From positions 1 to 43,642 of the forward strand of contig NW_021835339.1 in the NCBI RefSeq assembly GCF_006345805.1: DNA of 43,642 nt. Direction: 5' to 3'. The notes under the pieces were generated by a model that ran no database searches, had not been told where the DNA came from, and was given only the letters and a program-made list of their open reading frames with translations. This DNA comes from Octopus sinensis. Its lineage: Eukaryota. Position 1 is the first letter of the stretch, and the number at the start of each line of letters is the position of its first letter. Shown here one piece after another: positions 24,151-36,240 of the stretch. A program made the translations under genes and the position numbers.

Positions 24151-24324
24151 ACAACAAAGAGATTAGAGTTCCAATTCTGCGAAAATTTTAACAAAGAAAT
24201 ATTGTCTGCACTTGACGGATTATCTACAGTTAAAAAGAATATGGCCTCGTGCTTCATAAACGCTTACAGATCATGGGATAAATATAATCCCGGCATACTT
24301 CAGATGTTATTTGAAGCCGGTGTT
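24151..24324 (+). CDS. Candidate internal coding exon of an unidentified host gene (58 aa, phase 0-0)
   Basis: AG acceptor at 24149-24150 (NAGNAG) and GTAAGT donor at 24325. The 174 nt read TTKRLEFQFCENFNKEILSALDGLSTVKKNMASCFINAYRSWDKYNPGILQMLFEAGV. In-frame stops lie just outside both splice sites. Protein not recognised. Confidence 0.5.
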
Positions 24325-24399
24325 GTAAGTTAATCGTTTCCTGTTTCAGGCACAAATATTTTTTTCAGCCACAGATCTTCCTCTGACGTATCTGTTTAA

Positions 24400-24408
24400 T
24401 ACATACAT

Positions 24409-24475
<67 letters not shown>

Positions 24476-24590
24476 CATATATGTGTACGTGTGTGTGTAG
24501 ATGGATAAATAGATAGATGCATACATACATTATATATATGTAATACATGTATGTATATATATACATATATACATGCATACGTATAATGTG

Positions 24591-24689
<99 letters not shown>

Positions 24690-24690
24690 C
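24400..24690. repeat. (CATA)n/(TA)n microsatellite
   Basis: Directly visible. Confidence 0.95.
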
Positions 24691-25169
24691 AGAGTAATGT
24701 GCAATGAAAAATGTGCCAGTGGGTGATGAGCAGAGGACTGTGTATAAACAACATAGATAAATGCTGATATATCAAATACCATACAACATAAATTTTTGAT
24801 TTATTAATATTATTTCTGACTTTCGATGATATAACGCAATTACTAAATGGCAATTGAGACCAGGATCATGTGAGAACGGGAGATAATCTCTGGAATTCTC
24901 CAAATCTGAAATGCCATCAATGAAAAGAACAGGATTCTTTCTTATCTAGTGATAACAGGACCGTCTTATGTACATTTTTCTGCCCCAAAGGACGTCATTA
25001 TCACAGCAGTTGTCCTCAGCTGTATTTAGATATATGCAAAAAAGAAAATATTTATAGCCCTGGTATTTTATATAAATTAAACAAAACTGGGCTAAGAGAA
25101 ATAGCTCAAAGGGCCCAGTGAGATGTCTATGAACAAGGCAGACAAATATAGTGTATCCATATCAAATAC

Positions 25170-25298
25170 CACACAAACACACACACACACACACACTCAC
25201 ACATGCGCACATATAGAGAGATAGATAGATAGATAAATATAGAAGTATTTATATTACATATATATATATAAATGTACATATATGTGTGTGTGTGTGTG

Positions 25299-25345
<47 letters not shown>
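25170..25345. repeat. (CA)n/(TG)n microsatellite
   Basis: Directly visible. Confidence 0.93.
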
Positions 25346-25366
<21 letters not shown>

Positions 25367-26599
25367 CTTATAGTTTAACCCACGTCATAGCATAAATGTA
25401 GCTACTAACATAGCTCAGAAATTTTTAAGGCTGGAACGCTCTTATTCAAAAGTTTGATCGATCATTGATAATCTTAGTCCAAGATAAACTATATTTGGAA
25501 TTTCGATGGCATGGCCATGGCTGGAGCGTTTTCAATCATAGGTTAGAGATGGTCTGAGTCTAAACAACAAGAGCGATAAGAAGTGCCAATATGTCTTCTA
25601 TATTTGACCACACACAATAGACATTGTCCCTATTTTTACGAAAGCCGTTTTAAGGACATAAATGTCAAATCTGGAATTCAAGGAAACTGGTAAAGATTGG
25701 CATCGGCTACAATAGCAATAACTACGCTAAAGTGTTTACAGATCTTAATAAATTCGGTTGCCGCAGGGAAGTGAAAAAGGACGTGGCGGAAACTGGAAAA
25801 ATCTGGAGTTTTTAATGTCATCCGTTCGCTTCAGTGAATTATGAGTAGAATTCAGTATTTCAACCAACAATATTTCAAAACTTTCTTCACAATCAAACTT
25901 AAAAATCATTCGAGATGAAATAACTGGATTATTTCTAACATATAACCATAAATATTTCGTTTTCTGGTCTGCAGCATTAATAAGTAAGTAAGTAAATAAA
26001 TAAATAAATAAGATAAAATAAAATAAATAAATGCCAGCGAAGTGGGACTGCGTTCAATGAAATAAATATACCTGCCGTTTTTGTTATTGCTACTTAAAAT
26101 ATTATAATGAAAATTCCCTGAAACCAGCACAGCAGGTATGGCAGAAATAAAATATTAAATTGCAGCAGTAACAAAATAGTAAATAGCAAAATTACATAGA
26201 CTCATTCATCTTACGCCAAATAAGCTCAATTTTCTGTGTCGACCATTTTTTTCCTCCCTCTTCGATCCTGCGTGTTTGGCGATATTTCCTATAAATGCAA
26301 TTACGTAACCTAACGCTTCGGTGGGTATAAGTTTGTCAAAACAACAACTGCAACAACAACAACAACAAGAGCAACAACAAAATTAAGGAATATCAATGAT
26401 TCCATTACACTTAATAAAGCGTCTAATGCTGGTTATATATTGGCCAGACTGAAGCAAAACAAAAATTAATAAATAATAAATAGATGAATAAAAAAATAAT
26501 TAAGGGGGGGGGGGTAAAAAATGGGAAATGGATATCCGTCTTTTCTCAAGAGTAAAACTGATATCTGTGACTTCAAGCAGGAATTTAAACTGCATTGTA

Positions 26600-26860
26600 T
26601 TGCTTTTGCTGTTGTTGTTGTTGGTGGTGGTGGTGGTGGTGTTTATTGTAGTGCTGGTGTTGCTGGTGGTGGTAGTGGCGATCTCGCTGGTGGTAACGAC
26701 TGTGATAGGGGCAGACGTGGTTTGGTGGTGTTACTAGCGATGACGATGGTGATAATGGTTGTGGTGGAGGTGGTAGTGGTAACGATGGTGAATTAGTAAC
26801 GAGAATGTTAGTTATGGTGCTAGTGGTGGTAATGGCAGTGTTGGTAACGATAGTTGTGGG
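26600..26860. repeat. (GGT/GTT)n low-complexity tract
   Basis: Directly visible. Confidence 0.88.
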
Positions 26861-27065
26861 GGCAACGCCCAGATTTGTGATGAAGGACGTTCAAGCTAAC
26901 GCAATGAATATTGCAGATATTTGTATATGAGGGACTGCACAAAAACTAAAATGCCCTTTCTTGAGAATTTGAGGGAGACTCGACTCCCATTTTAAAAGGT
27001 GAAGCAGAAACCCCGATCCTCAGGCAATAATCACTGCTTGTCGCACAGCATATTCATCACTGGGG

Positions 27066-27312
27066 GAAGGCGCATGGTTTAGGGGTTAGGGGTGTTCGAT
27101 TCACGATCGTAAGGTCGTGAGTTCAATTTCAGGCGACGCGTTGTGTCCTTGTGCAAGACACTTTATTTCACGTTGCTCCAGTTCACTCTGCAGGCAATAA
27201 TGAGTTGTACCTGTAATTCAAAGGGGTTCAGCTTTGTCACATCCTGTGTCATGCTGAATCTCCGAGAACTACGTTAAGGTTACGCGTGTCTGTGGAGTAC
27301 TCAGCCACTTAA
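27066..27312 (+). mobile_element. SINE-D head and core with an alternative tail
   Basis: gaaggcgcatggtttagggg head, GTTCAATTTC B-box, gttgtgtccttgtgcaagacactttatttcacgttgctccag core as in 35487-35718; after aatgagt the tail differs. Confidence 0.8.
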
Positions 27313-27374
27313 TCTCATGAGAAGACTGTTCCATTCATCAGGGGACCTTCTCCCGCCACACGCCTCCATACGCT

Positions 27375-27650
27375 GATGACGACGATGATCAGGAGGAAGA
27401 GAAGGGGGAAAGAGAAGAGGAGGAGGACGACGACAAGGACAACGACGACGAGGAGGAGGAGGACGCCGAGGACGACGACGACGACGACGACGACGAGAAC
27501 AACGACGACGAGGAGGAGGAGGACGAGGAGGGCGATTGGGAGGACGAGGGGAGGAGGACGACGAGGAGGAGGGAGAGGAGAAGGAGGAGCACGACGACGA
27601 AGAAGAAAAAAGGAAGAGGAAGAATAAGAGGAGGGTAGGAGGAAGAAGAT
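27375..27650. repeat. (GAG/GAC)n trinucleotide tract
   Basis: Directly visible; the D/E frame is broken by a frameshift. Confidence 0.9.
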
Positions 27651-27673
27651 ACACAAATGTTGATGAAAAAAAG

Positions 27674-27900
27674 CAGGGTGTTCAAAAAGTCTATTAATGG
27701 TTTTTCGGGCGATTTTTGTACACTGATCCTTTACTTGCTCCCCAGAAAAAAAAAGTCTGAGCGGTGCTAAATCAAGTGATCTTTGTGGTCAAAGTCCTTT
27801 CGAAATAATCTGTTCAGCGATAAAAACTCTTGAAGTAGCGCCATGGTGATGCGCAGGATAAAAAAAAAATTCACTACGGAGAAACATTTTGAACGCCCTG
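27674..27900 (-). mobile_element. 227-bp non-autonomous Tc1/mariner deletion derivative
   Basis: TIRs CAGGGTGTTCAAAA and its complement ttttgaacgccctg followed by TA. The minus strand keeps a decayed (W)PQRSLDLAPL-FFFWG transposase motif. Confidence 0.8.
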
Positions 27901-28289
27901 TAGAATTAATAAAAACAAACTTCACCGAAATAAAACACTGGAATCGAAATTTGAAAAGAAGATTGCCATGTCGTAGGAGAATATCAAGTTTACTATATAT
28001 AGATATCGAAATAGAATTGAGATATAAAATTAACCGGCGTTCAGGACGCTGATATGAAAAATAACAAGCGATGTGAGATAAAAATTCATCATAAATCTAA
28101 TCACATGTAACTACATATATCAAGAGATATCTAACTGATCCTGTCACGGCGACTAATGGTATTAGATTGATCGGAACGGAGAAGCAATATTTTATTTCTT
28201 TTCCTTTTTGCGGTTTTTCTTAGCAGACGCCTTACGTTTCAAAATGTCCGAACAAAAAAAAATATTTATTTATTTTATGTTATTTAAGC

Positions 28290-28473
28290 CTACATACACA
28301 CACACACACAAATATATTTCTGTACACGTACATACATACATGTATGTACATACACGCACACACACACATCCATATATATATGTATGTATGTATGTATAAA
28401 TATATATGCATGTGTATATATATATATATATATGCGTGTATGTATGTATAAATATATATGTATGTGCATATAC

Positions 28474-28505
<32 letters not shown>

Positions 28506-28650
28506 AAATATATACATATATATATGGATGTATATATATATATGTATGTATGTATGTATGTGTATGTATTATGTGTATAGGTATTTATGTGTGTACGTAG
28601 GTAGGTAGGTATGTATGTACGTATATGTACGTATGTATTCATATATGTAT
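28290..28650. repeat. (TA)/(TATG)n microsatellite
   Basis: Directly visible. Confidence 0.93.
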
Positions 28651-29127
28651 TAATGTTTACTTTCAGGTTACGATAAAAACAATTTTATATTAAATAGAAG
28701 GATTACTCAATACATTTTGTAGAGTACAATTTTATTAGTCTTTAACGAAAATAGCATCGACAGTGACTTCGAAGTTTCAGACAGCTAAGACATCAATGGT
28801 CAATTCCATGTTGGCTTAGCTTGCCGAAACCTCGAAATGTCTCTGTCGATATATTATACTTGTTCAAAATTAATATTATATATATATATATATATATAAG
28901 AAAATGGATGTAATAACAATGATAGGAAACTCGTGGTTTTCGCTGGTAAGTCTTTAATTAAATAGATAACAAAGAACGAAGAAGCAGAGATGAGGGCTGC
29001 ATTTACTATCGTTTCAATTCACTGGTTTAAATAAATCCTCTTCAGAATGCGAATACAACTTAAAGTTTCCTAGGTTTCTGTAATTCTACATAACTTGCAT
29101 GGGTCCGAATCAAAATGCTTTAAATAA

Positions 29128-29578
29128 ATAATAACCCTTTCTACTAAAGGCACAAGGCCTGATTTGATTTTGCTTTTCGTTTTGTTTTTTTTTTGTGGTG
29201 GGGAGGAAATTGTCGATTGCGTCGACTCCAGTGTTTCGATGGTACTTAATTTATCGAGTCCGAAATGTTGAAAGGCAAAGTCGACCTCGGCGTAATTTGA
29301 ACTCAGATCGTAAAGACGAACGAAATATCGCTAAGCATTTCGCCTGGCGTGCTAACGATTCTGCTTACTCGCCGCCTTATCGTTGCCTTAATAATCATTT
29401 CTACAATAAGCACAAGACCTGAAATTTGGGGGTAAGGTACCAACTGGTACTTAATTTATCAACCCCAAAAGGATGTAAGTCAAAGTCATCCTCAGTGGAA
29501 TTTGAACCCAGAACGTGAAGACGGACGAAATACTAAACAATCTGCCCGGCGTGCTACCGATTCTGCCAACTCACCGTT
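29128..29578 (-). mobile_element. Two tandem SINE-A copies with the A2 tail
   Basis: Heads end near 29378 and 29576; both have the ggcacaag(g/a)cctga tail and a similar adjacent gccttaataat. Confidence 0.85.
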
Positions 29579-29679
29579 TTATCACTGCCTTAATAATAAT
29601 AATAATTTTTATTATTAATCCCGTTTTCAGAATCGAACCCACGATCTAGCAATCGTGAGAGCGACGGCCTAACTACTAT

Positions 29680-29794
29680 ATATGAGTGTGTGTGTGGTGT
29701 GTGTGTGTGTGTGTGTGGTGTGTGTGTGTGTGTGTGTGTGTGCGTGTATGTAAATACAATATTTTTTCATATATATATATAAGTACATATCTTT

Positions 29795-29839
<45 letters not shown>

Positions 29840-30075
29840 GGATATATATAGATTAATGTATATATCTATGTATATATATATATATATACATACATATATA
29901 TATATATATATATAATATATATATTATATATATATATAATAAGATATGTATATATATATAAAAAAAGATATGTACTTATATATATATATATTTATAAATA
30001 TATATATATATATATAATATATATATATAATATATATATGATATATATATATATATATTTATAAACATATATATA
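29680..30075. repeat. (TG)n/(TA)n microsatellite
   Basis: Directly visible. Confidence 0.95.
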
Positions 30076-30084
30076 CATTGAGCT

Positions 30085-30238
30085 GTACAGTCACCATCAA
30101 CCAAATTCACTCGCGGCGTAATGGGTGACCTGAGACTTCATTGAAAAAATTTCCAAAGATGCCAAGATTTTGCGCAGTGGGACAGCATCCGAAAGCATCT
30201 GTTGTTGCGGCGCCATCTTCTAAACCACACGGCAATGT
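30085..30238 (-). mobile_element. Old degenerate SINE-B-like 5' fragment
   Basis: accaaattcactc...gcagtgggac...aaaccacacggc parallels 22481-22610. Confidence 0.5.
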
Positions 30239-30585
30239 CTGTGTCTATGATATTTAACGATATTTAACGATAACAATTGCATTATATTTCAGCCTTTAAA
30301 TGTATATATATTTAAATACATAACGATGCAAATATTTAAATAGCTCTATTGTTGTCAATAAAAGGTTCTGCTATGTTTACAATATTTGGAACTGTATATA
30401 AAGCATTTCTTTATCGATACTGATTAATCGATAATGATTGTGTTTTGGTTTGGAATTGTGTTTGTGTGTGGAGGGAGTGGAATATATGTACGCGTGTACA
30501 CTTTTCTGTAAGGTGTGTGTGTGTATATATGCGTTTATCCATGTGTAGACAGACGAACAGATAGAGCCCGATATATAGATAGATA

Positions 30586-31070
30586 ATTAATTTATCGACC
30601 CCGAAAGGATGAATGGCAAAGTCGACCTCAGCGGAATTTGAACTCACAACACAAGAGCAGACAAAATACCTATTTCTTTACTACCCACAAGGGGCTAAAA
30701 TATAGAGGGGACAAACAAGGATAGACAAACGGATTAAGTCGATTACATCGACCCCAGTGCGTAACTGGTACTTAATTTATCGACCCCGAAAGGATGAAAG
30801 TCGACCTCAGCGGAATTTGAACTCAGAACTAGTAGCAGACAAAATACCTATTTCTTTTCTGGGGCTAAACACAGAGGGGACAAACAAGGCCAGACAAACG
30901 GATTAAGTCGATTATATCGACCCCTGTGCGTAACTGGTACTTATTTGATCGACCCCGAAAGGATGAAAGGCAAATTCGACCTCGGCGGAATTTGAACCCA
31001 GAACGTAGCGGCAGACGAAATAACGCTAAGCATTTCGCCCGGCGTGCTAACGATTCTGCTAGCTCGCCGC
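30586..31070 (-). mobile_element. SINE-A multimer (one head, about 2.5 bodies)
   Basis: Head at 31020-31070; junctions aaa|tacctatttc at 30845 and 30667. Confidence 0.92.
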
Positions 31071-31147
31071 TTTGCATATGATATACATTGATACATATAC
31101 TAATACAATGTTCATCATACAGAAATGTATATGTGGGTGCGTAAGTA

Positions 31148-31612
31148 TGTATATATAGGTAGGTAGGTAGGTAGGTAGGTAGGTAGGTAGGTAGGTAGGT
31201 AGGTAGATAGGTAGGTAGGTAGGTAGGTAGGTAGGTAGGTAGGTAGGTAAGAAGTAGGTAGGTAGGTAGGTAGGTAGTAGGTAGGTAGATAGGTAGGTAG
31301 GTAGGTAGGTAGGTAGGTAGGTAGTAGTAGGTAATAGTAGGTAGGTAGGTAGGTAGTAGGTAGGTAGGTAGGTAGGTAAGTAAGTAGTAGGTAGGTAGGT
31401 AGGTAGAGGTAGGTAGGTATATAGGTAGGTAGGTAGGGTTAGGTTAGGTAGGTGGTAGGTAGATGGTAGGTAGGTAGGTAGGTAGTAGTAGGTTAGGTAG
31501 TAGTAAGTAAGTAGGTAGTAGGTAGGTAGGTAAGTAGGTAGGTAGGTATATAGGTAGGTAGTAGGTAGGTAGGTGGTGGTAGGTAGGTAGGTAGGTAGTA
31601 GGTAGGTAGCAG
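31148..31612. repeat. (GGTA)n tract, about 465 bp
   Basis: Directly visible; increasingly interrupted towards the right. Confidence 0.97.
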
Positions 31613-31744
31613 GCTATTTACTCTTACGCTTATATATATTTCAGTAACACATTTCTCACACGAATGTATTTATTCATAAATCTTAAATTACAAATTCACA
31701 AATAAAGAGAAACGTCGACGCATAGAGCCGTGCACATACACATA

Positions 31745-31777
<33 letters not shown>

Positions 31778-31962
31778 CTGTGGCATATACTCCAAAGCCT
31801 AAGTTCCACGACAAAGCAGTAATGGTTCATTTAAAAATATAATGCAATGCAAAAATAAAATTTCCCATTATGCTCGTTAACACCGCGTATAATAGATAAA
31901 GAGGTAAATACAGAGAGAAAGAGAAGTACATAAATATTTGTATATATATATGTAAATATGTA

Positions 31963-31993
<31 letters not shown>

Positions 31994-32060
31994 CATACCT
32001 ACAGGTAAATGTGCGTATATATGTGCGTACAGGAAATGTGCGTATATATGTTTTTCATAA

Positions 32061-32281
32061 GGCGGCGACTGGCAGAAACTTTAGGACACCGGGCTAAATG
32101 CGTAGCCGTATTTCGTCTACCGTTACGTTCTAAGTTCAATTCCGCTGAGGTCGACTTTGGCCTTCATCCTTTCGGGGTCGATAAATAGAGTACGAGTTTC
32201 GCACTGGGTCAATGTAAATCGACTTTGTCTGTTCTTGTTGTCCCCCTCTATGTTTACCCTTTGGTGGGCAATAAAGAAATA
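32061..32281 (+). mobile_element. SINE-A monomer with many small indels
   Basis: Head, B-box, body and gcaataaagaaata tail. Confidence 0.88.
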
Positions 32282-32336
32282 TATGTAGTCGTTTCATATA
32301 CGTAAACAATATATATATAGATATATATATATATAT

Positions 32337-32560
32337 TCTTTTATTGTTTTACTTGTTTTAGTCATTTGACTGCGGCCATGCTGGAGCACCGCCTTCAGTC
32401 GAGCAAATAGACACCAGGACTTATTCTTTGTAAGCCTAGTACTTATTCTACCGGTGTCTGTTTTGCCGAACTGCTAGGTTAAAGAGACGTAAACACACCA
32501 GTATCGGTTGTGAAGCACGTGCGGGGGTGGACAAACCAGACACAAATTACAGAAACAAAC
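32337..32560 (-). mobile_element. SINE-B 3' half
   Basis: gtcatttgactgcggccatgctggagcaccgcc...acgtaaacacaccag. Confidence 0.88.
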
Positions 32561-32756
32561 CACACACCCTACGGACAAACACTACACACCCACAACATTT
32601 TTATACATGCTAGTCCACTGGTAATACATGGGTATTGAAATTTCTGAGAAAACTCGCTACTCTATAATTTTACGGATATATACACACACACACACACATA
32701 CACACCACACACCACATAATATATAGTATACATATTATATATATATAGTATATCTA

Positions 32757-32795
<39 letters not shown>

Positions 32796-32936
32796 TATAT
32801 ATATATGTATATATATATGTATATTTGCCATTCACAACCATGAGTTGTTACCGCTATGTTATAACTCGCTCTGAGATTTATCATTGTTATCCATGGTATA
32901 TATATATATATATATCTATATATATATATATATATA

Positions 32937-33011
32937 GTGGGAAAGTTTACGAAAATAAAAAAAAAGACGAAGACAGGTGGTGTGCAACCAAAGATGTATA
33001 GTATAACGCTC
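32937..33011 (-). mobile_element. Short Penelope-like terminus abutting (TA)n
   Basis: Homologous to 20214-20285; truncated before the hammerhead position. Confidence 0.45.
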
Positions 33012-33193
33012 ATGTGTATGATATATATGTATCTGTGTATACATATATGTATATATGTATATATATATGTATATGTATATATATATATATGTATATAATG
33101 TATATATATATGTATATATGTATGTATATATATATATACACGTATCATTATATATATATGTATGTATGTATAGTATATATAATACACGTATAT

Positions 33194-33235
<42 letters not shown>

Positions 33236-33424
33236 TTCATATGTGAAGGATATACATTAATATATATATATATATATATGTGTGTGTGTTGTGTGTGTGT
33301 GTGTTGGTGTGTGTGTGGTGTCTGTGTGTTATGTATATGCGAATATATATCTATATATATGTAAACACATACCTGTATACGTAATGGTAAGTGTCTATAT
33401 AACAGATAGATAGATGTGTGTATG

Positions 33425-33460
<36 letters not shown>

Positions 33461-33552
33461 AATGAGTGTGTGTTTGTGTATACACAAACTTATGTGTACA
33501 CACCAAACGGTCCGTTGTGTATCGTGTGGTAGTAACATAAAAATCCTATTAC

Positions 33553-33780
33553 ATTATGCATGCATGAATGTATAATGTATTTATGTCAGAGCATGCTTTT
33601 ATGTTTTCACGCTGCTTGTCTAGAATTTGTTACCTTTCTCAGCAATCAGATATGAAATAATGGATGCTTATATATGTTGATGTTATGACAAAAACCGCCA
33701 ACGTACTTTTGTCTTATTCGATGCAAACCGTGATAAAAGGTGTACTTTAGTTACAGATCTCTCACTCTTTCATCGCTAAC
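33553..33780 (+). pseudogene. Acceptor plus decayed exon, possibly Ulp1/C48-protease-like (copy 1)
   Basis: Homologous to the reverse complement of 38690-38915; gcaatcAG|atatgaaataatggat; YEIMDAYI followed by a 1-nt frameshift and a stop. Confidence 0.45.
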
Positions 33781-33979
33781 TGTTTGGTCTTCTTTCGGTT
33801 TATAGATGTTTAAATATAGATAGGTAACTGTTGAACTGCAGAGCCGTTCCTAAAGGGATTCTCGATGTAACACTTCGATACTTGTGTTTCTGCATTGTTG
33901 CGGATTTTTGTTTTTCCGTGTGAATGATATCGGCGTGTTTATTTTATATTATCATCTTGCGAGTGTTAGACACACACTC

Positions 33980-33999
33980 ATATATATATATATATATAC

Positions 34000-34049
<50 letters not shown>

Positions 34050-34241
34050 ATAAATGCACATATATGTGTATATATATATATATAGAGAGAGATAGATAGA
34101 TAGATAGATAGACACATATAGATACATACATATATACACACACGTATATGCATGTATGTATGCATAAATACGCACACCATAATACATGCACAATAATACA
34201 TACATACATACATACTACATACATACATACATACATACATA

Positions 34242-34313
<72 letters not shown>

Positions 34314-34345
34314 TCTATAATGTGTGTATATATATGTATATAAAG
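33980..34345. repeat. (TA)n/(CATA)n microsatellite
   Basis: Directly visible. Confidence 0.95.
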
Positions 34346-34369
34346 CATGTATGTGCCGTATTATAATCG

Positions 34370-34461
34370 TTTCCGTGGGGACGATTTGCTTGACTAAAGC
34401 CCTTCATGGCGGTGCTCCAACATGGCCGCAGTCAAATGACTGAAACAAGTAAAAGAATAAA
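34370..34461 (+). mobile_element. SINE-B 3' tail fragment
   Basis: ggcggtgctccaacatggccgcagtcaaatgactgaaacaagtaaaaga. Confidence 0.88.
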
Positions 34462-34469
34462 ATTATGTA

Positions 34470-34544
34470 AATCTAGCCGATGAAGACTAATCAAAATTAC
34501 GATAACAAACGTATTTGAAGAGTCCGAAACCGAGGTCCTAGATT
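34470..34544 (+). ncRNA. Type-I hammerhead ribozyme motif (U4C variant, GUC triplet)
   Basis: Stem I AATCTAG (34470-34476) / CTAGATT (34538-34544); core CCGATGA; stem II GACT...AGTC with a long loop; GAAAC; stem III ACC-GA-GGT; cleavage position C34537. Confidence 0.65.
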
Positions 34545-35127
34545 ATCCGATTCTGGGTTGTTCATTTATCTAAAGTTCTTCCTAGAGGTAAGACGAAATA
34601 TTTTATGCTCGCTGCCTTCCCACGTCTTTACCAGTATATACGCAATGAAGTTTTACGGTAGCGTCTTAAATTTATCGACCGCTATTTCCAGTAAACATTC
34701 GTTCCTTGTTACATCACTACTCTATATATGTGTCAAGCCATTCCGTTGGCGATCGCGGCCCGCTCAACATCGTTCTCCCTCTGCCGAAAAGGCAATTGTT
34801 TCCACGTCTGCTAGATAAGTTATTTTTGTCCCATTTTGTCTAAAGTCGTAAGACACCTGCAGTTAACAATTCTTGTTTTTAATTTTGTTTTCGTGTTTTG
34901 TATTTATATTCGTCTCTGTCGCGTTTACATTCGTTCCTTTTACCAAGAAATCTAATGCTCACAGCTTAGTTTTTCCTTGGGGCTGGCCGTGTTGGAGCAA
35001 ATATCAGAATTAATCAGCCGAAATTTGCTATGATGATCCGGTTTCTGACTGAAGATTAAAGGCTTCGAATGACCTGTCTGTTTTCTGTGTTCGTCTCTTT
35101 ATATACAAATTTATATTCCTATATATA

Positions 35128-35173
<46 letters not shown>

Positions 35174-35178
<5 letters not shown>

Positions 35179-35485
35179 CGTGATCACCGTGACCGACCAG
35201 GTTATCAGATGTTGCTACACATTGCTGGTCACAATGCGCTTCGCATTGTTTTAGCCTTCAAATGACGCCACCCCGCTGGCTAAGCGAGCAGGCCAACAGA
35301 AGAAAGAGTGAGAGAAAGTTGTGACGAAAGAGTACAACAGGGATCGCCACCACCCCCTGCAGGAGCCTCGTGGACCTTTAGGTGTTTTCGCTCAATAAAC
35401 TCTCACAACGCCCGGTCTGTGAATCGAAACCGCGATCCTACGACCGCGAGTCCGCTGCACTAACCACTGGACCATTGCACCTCCA
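35174..35485 (-). mobile_element. SINE-C head with tail type 2 (ends in repeated cacggtgat)
   Basis: First ~185 nt match the 8671 unit, then diverge at tttcttc|tgttggcctgctcgc. Confidence 0.9.
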
Positions 35486-35486
35486 C

Positions 35487-35718
35487 CTAAATAAATGCGC
35501 GGGCCCGGTTTCCCGGTTTCTATGGCGTATGTGTTCCCCAGTTGGACGGGACGCCAGTCCATCGCAGCGTTACTCATTTTTGCCAGCTGAGTGGACTGGA
35601 GCAAGCGTGAAATGAAGTGTTTTGCTCAAAAACACAACGTGTCGCCCGGTCCCGGAATCGAAACCACAATCTTACGATCATGGTGCTGACACCCTTACCA
35701 CTAAACCACGTGCCTCCA
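35487..35718 (-). mobile_element. SINE-D head and core with V-domain-like tail
   Basis: tggaggcacgtggtttagtgg head; tail acgctgcgatggactggcgtcccgtcc...gccatagaaaccgggaaaccggg is shared with 38193-38519. Confidence 0.88.
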
Positions 35719-36240
35719 TATATATATATATATTATATATATATATATATATTATAATATATATATATGTATATATTATTATATATAATAATATGTGTGT
35801 GTGTATAATATATATATGTATATATAGATATATATATATATATATTATATATATATATATATATATAATTATGTTGTATATGTAGATATATATATATATA
35901 TTCATTCTTGAACTGAATTCCTCTTAATAAACCCTTTTATATATTTTAAGAATGGTACATGTATCTATAATAGATAGTTTGTGCAAAAGCCTATCTGCTA
36001 GGGAAGGAATTTGGTTAGGAATTATGTGCCATATGTAGTGATTAGTATATTTCTGTAACCGATGGTATAGCTTCGTGAAGTAATTATCAAATATGCTATT
36101 ATCTCGGATGGCCATCTGTTATTCGTAAAACTTCGAACTAAAATCTGTGTTCAGTTCTTGAATTGCTAGTTTAGCAAATAATTACCCATGCTACTTGACA
36201 AGTGCCGAGAAGCATGGCATATACAGCGAGTTGCCGAATA

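Noticed and set aside
27376-27656. Acidic D/E-rich or Arg/Thr-rich protein
   Set aside because: A GAG/GAC trinucleotide tract with a frameshift in the acidic frame and no convincing splice sites.
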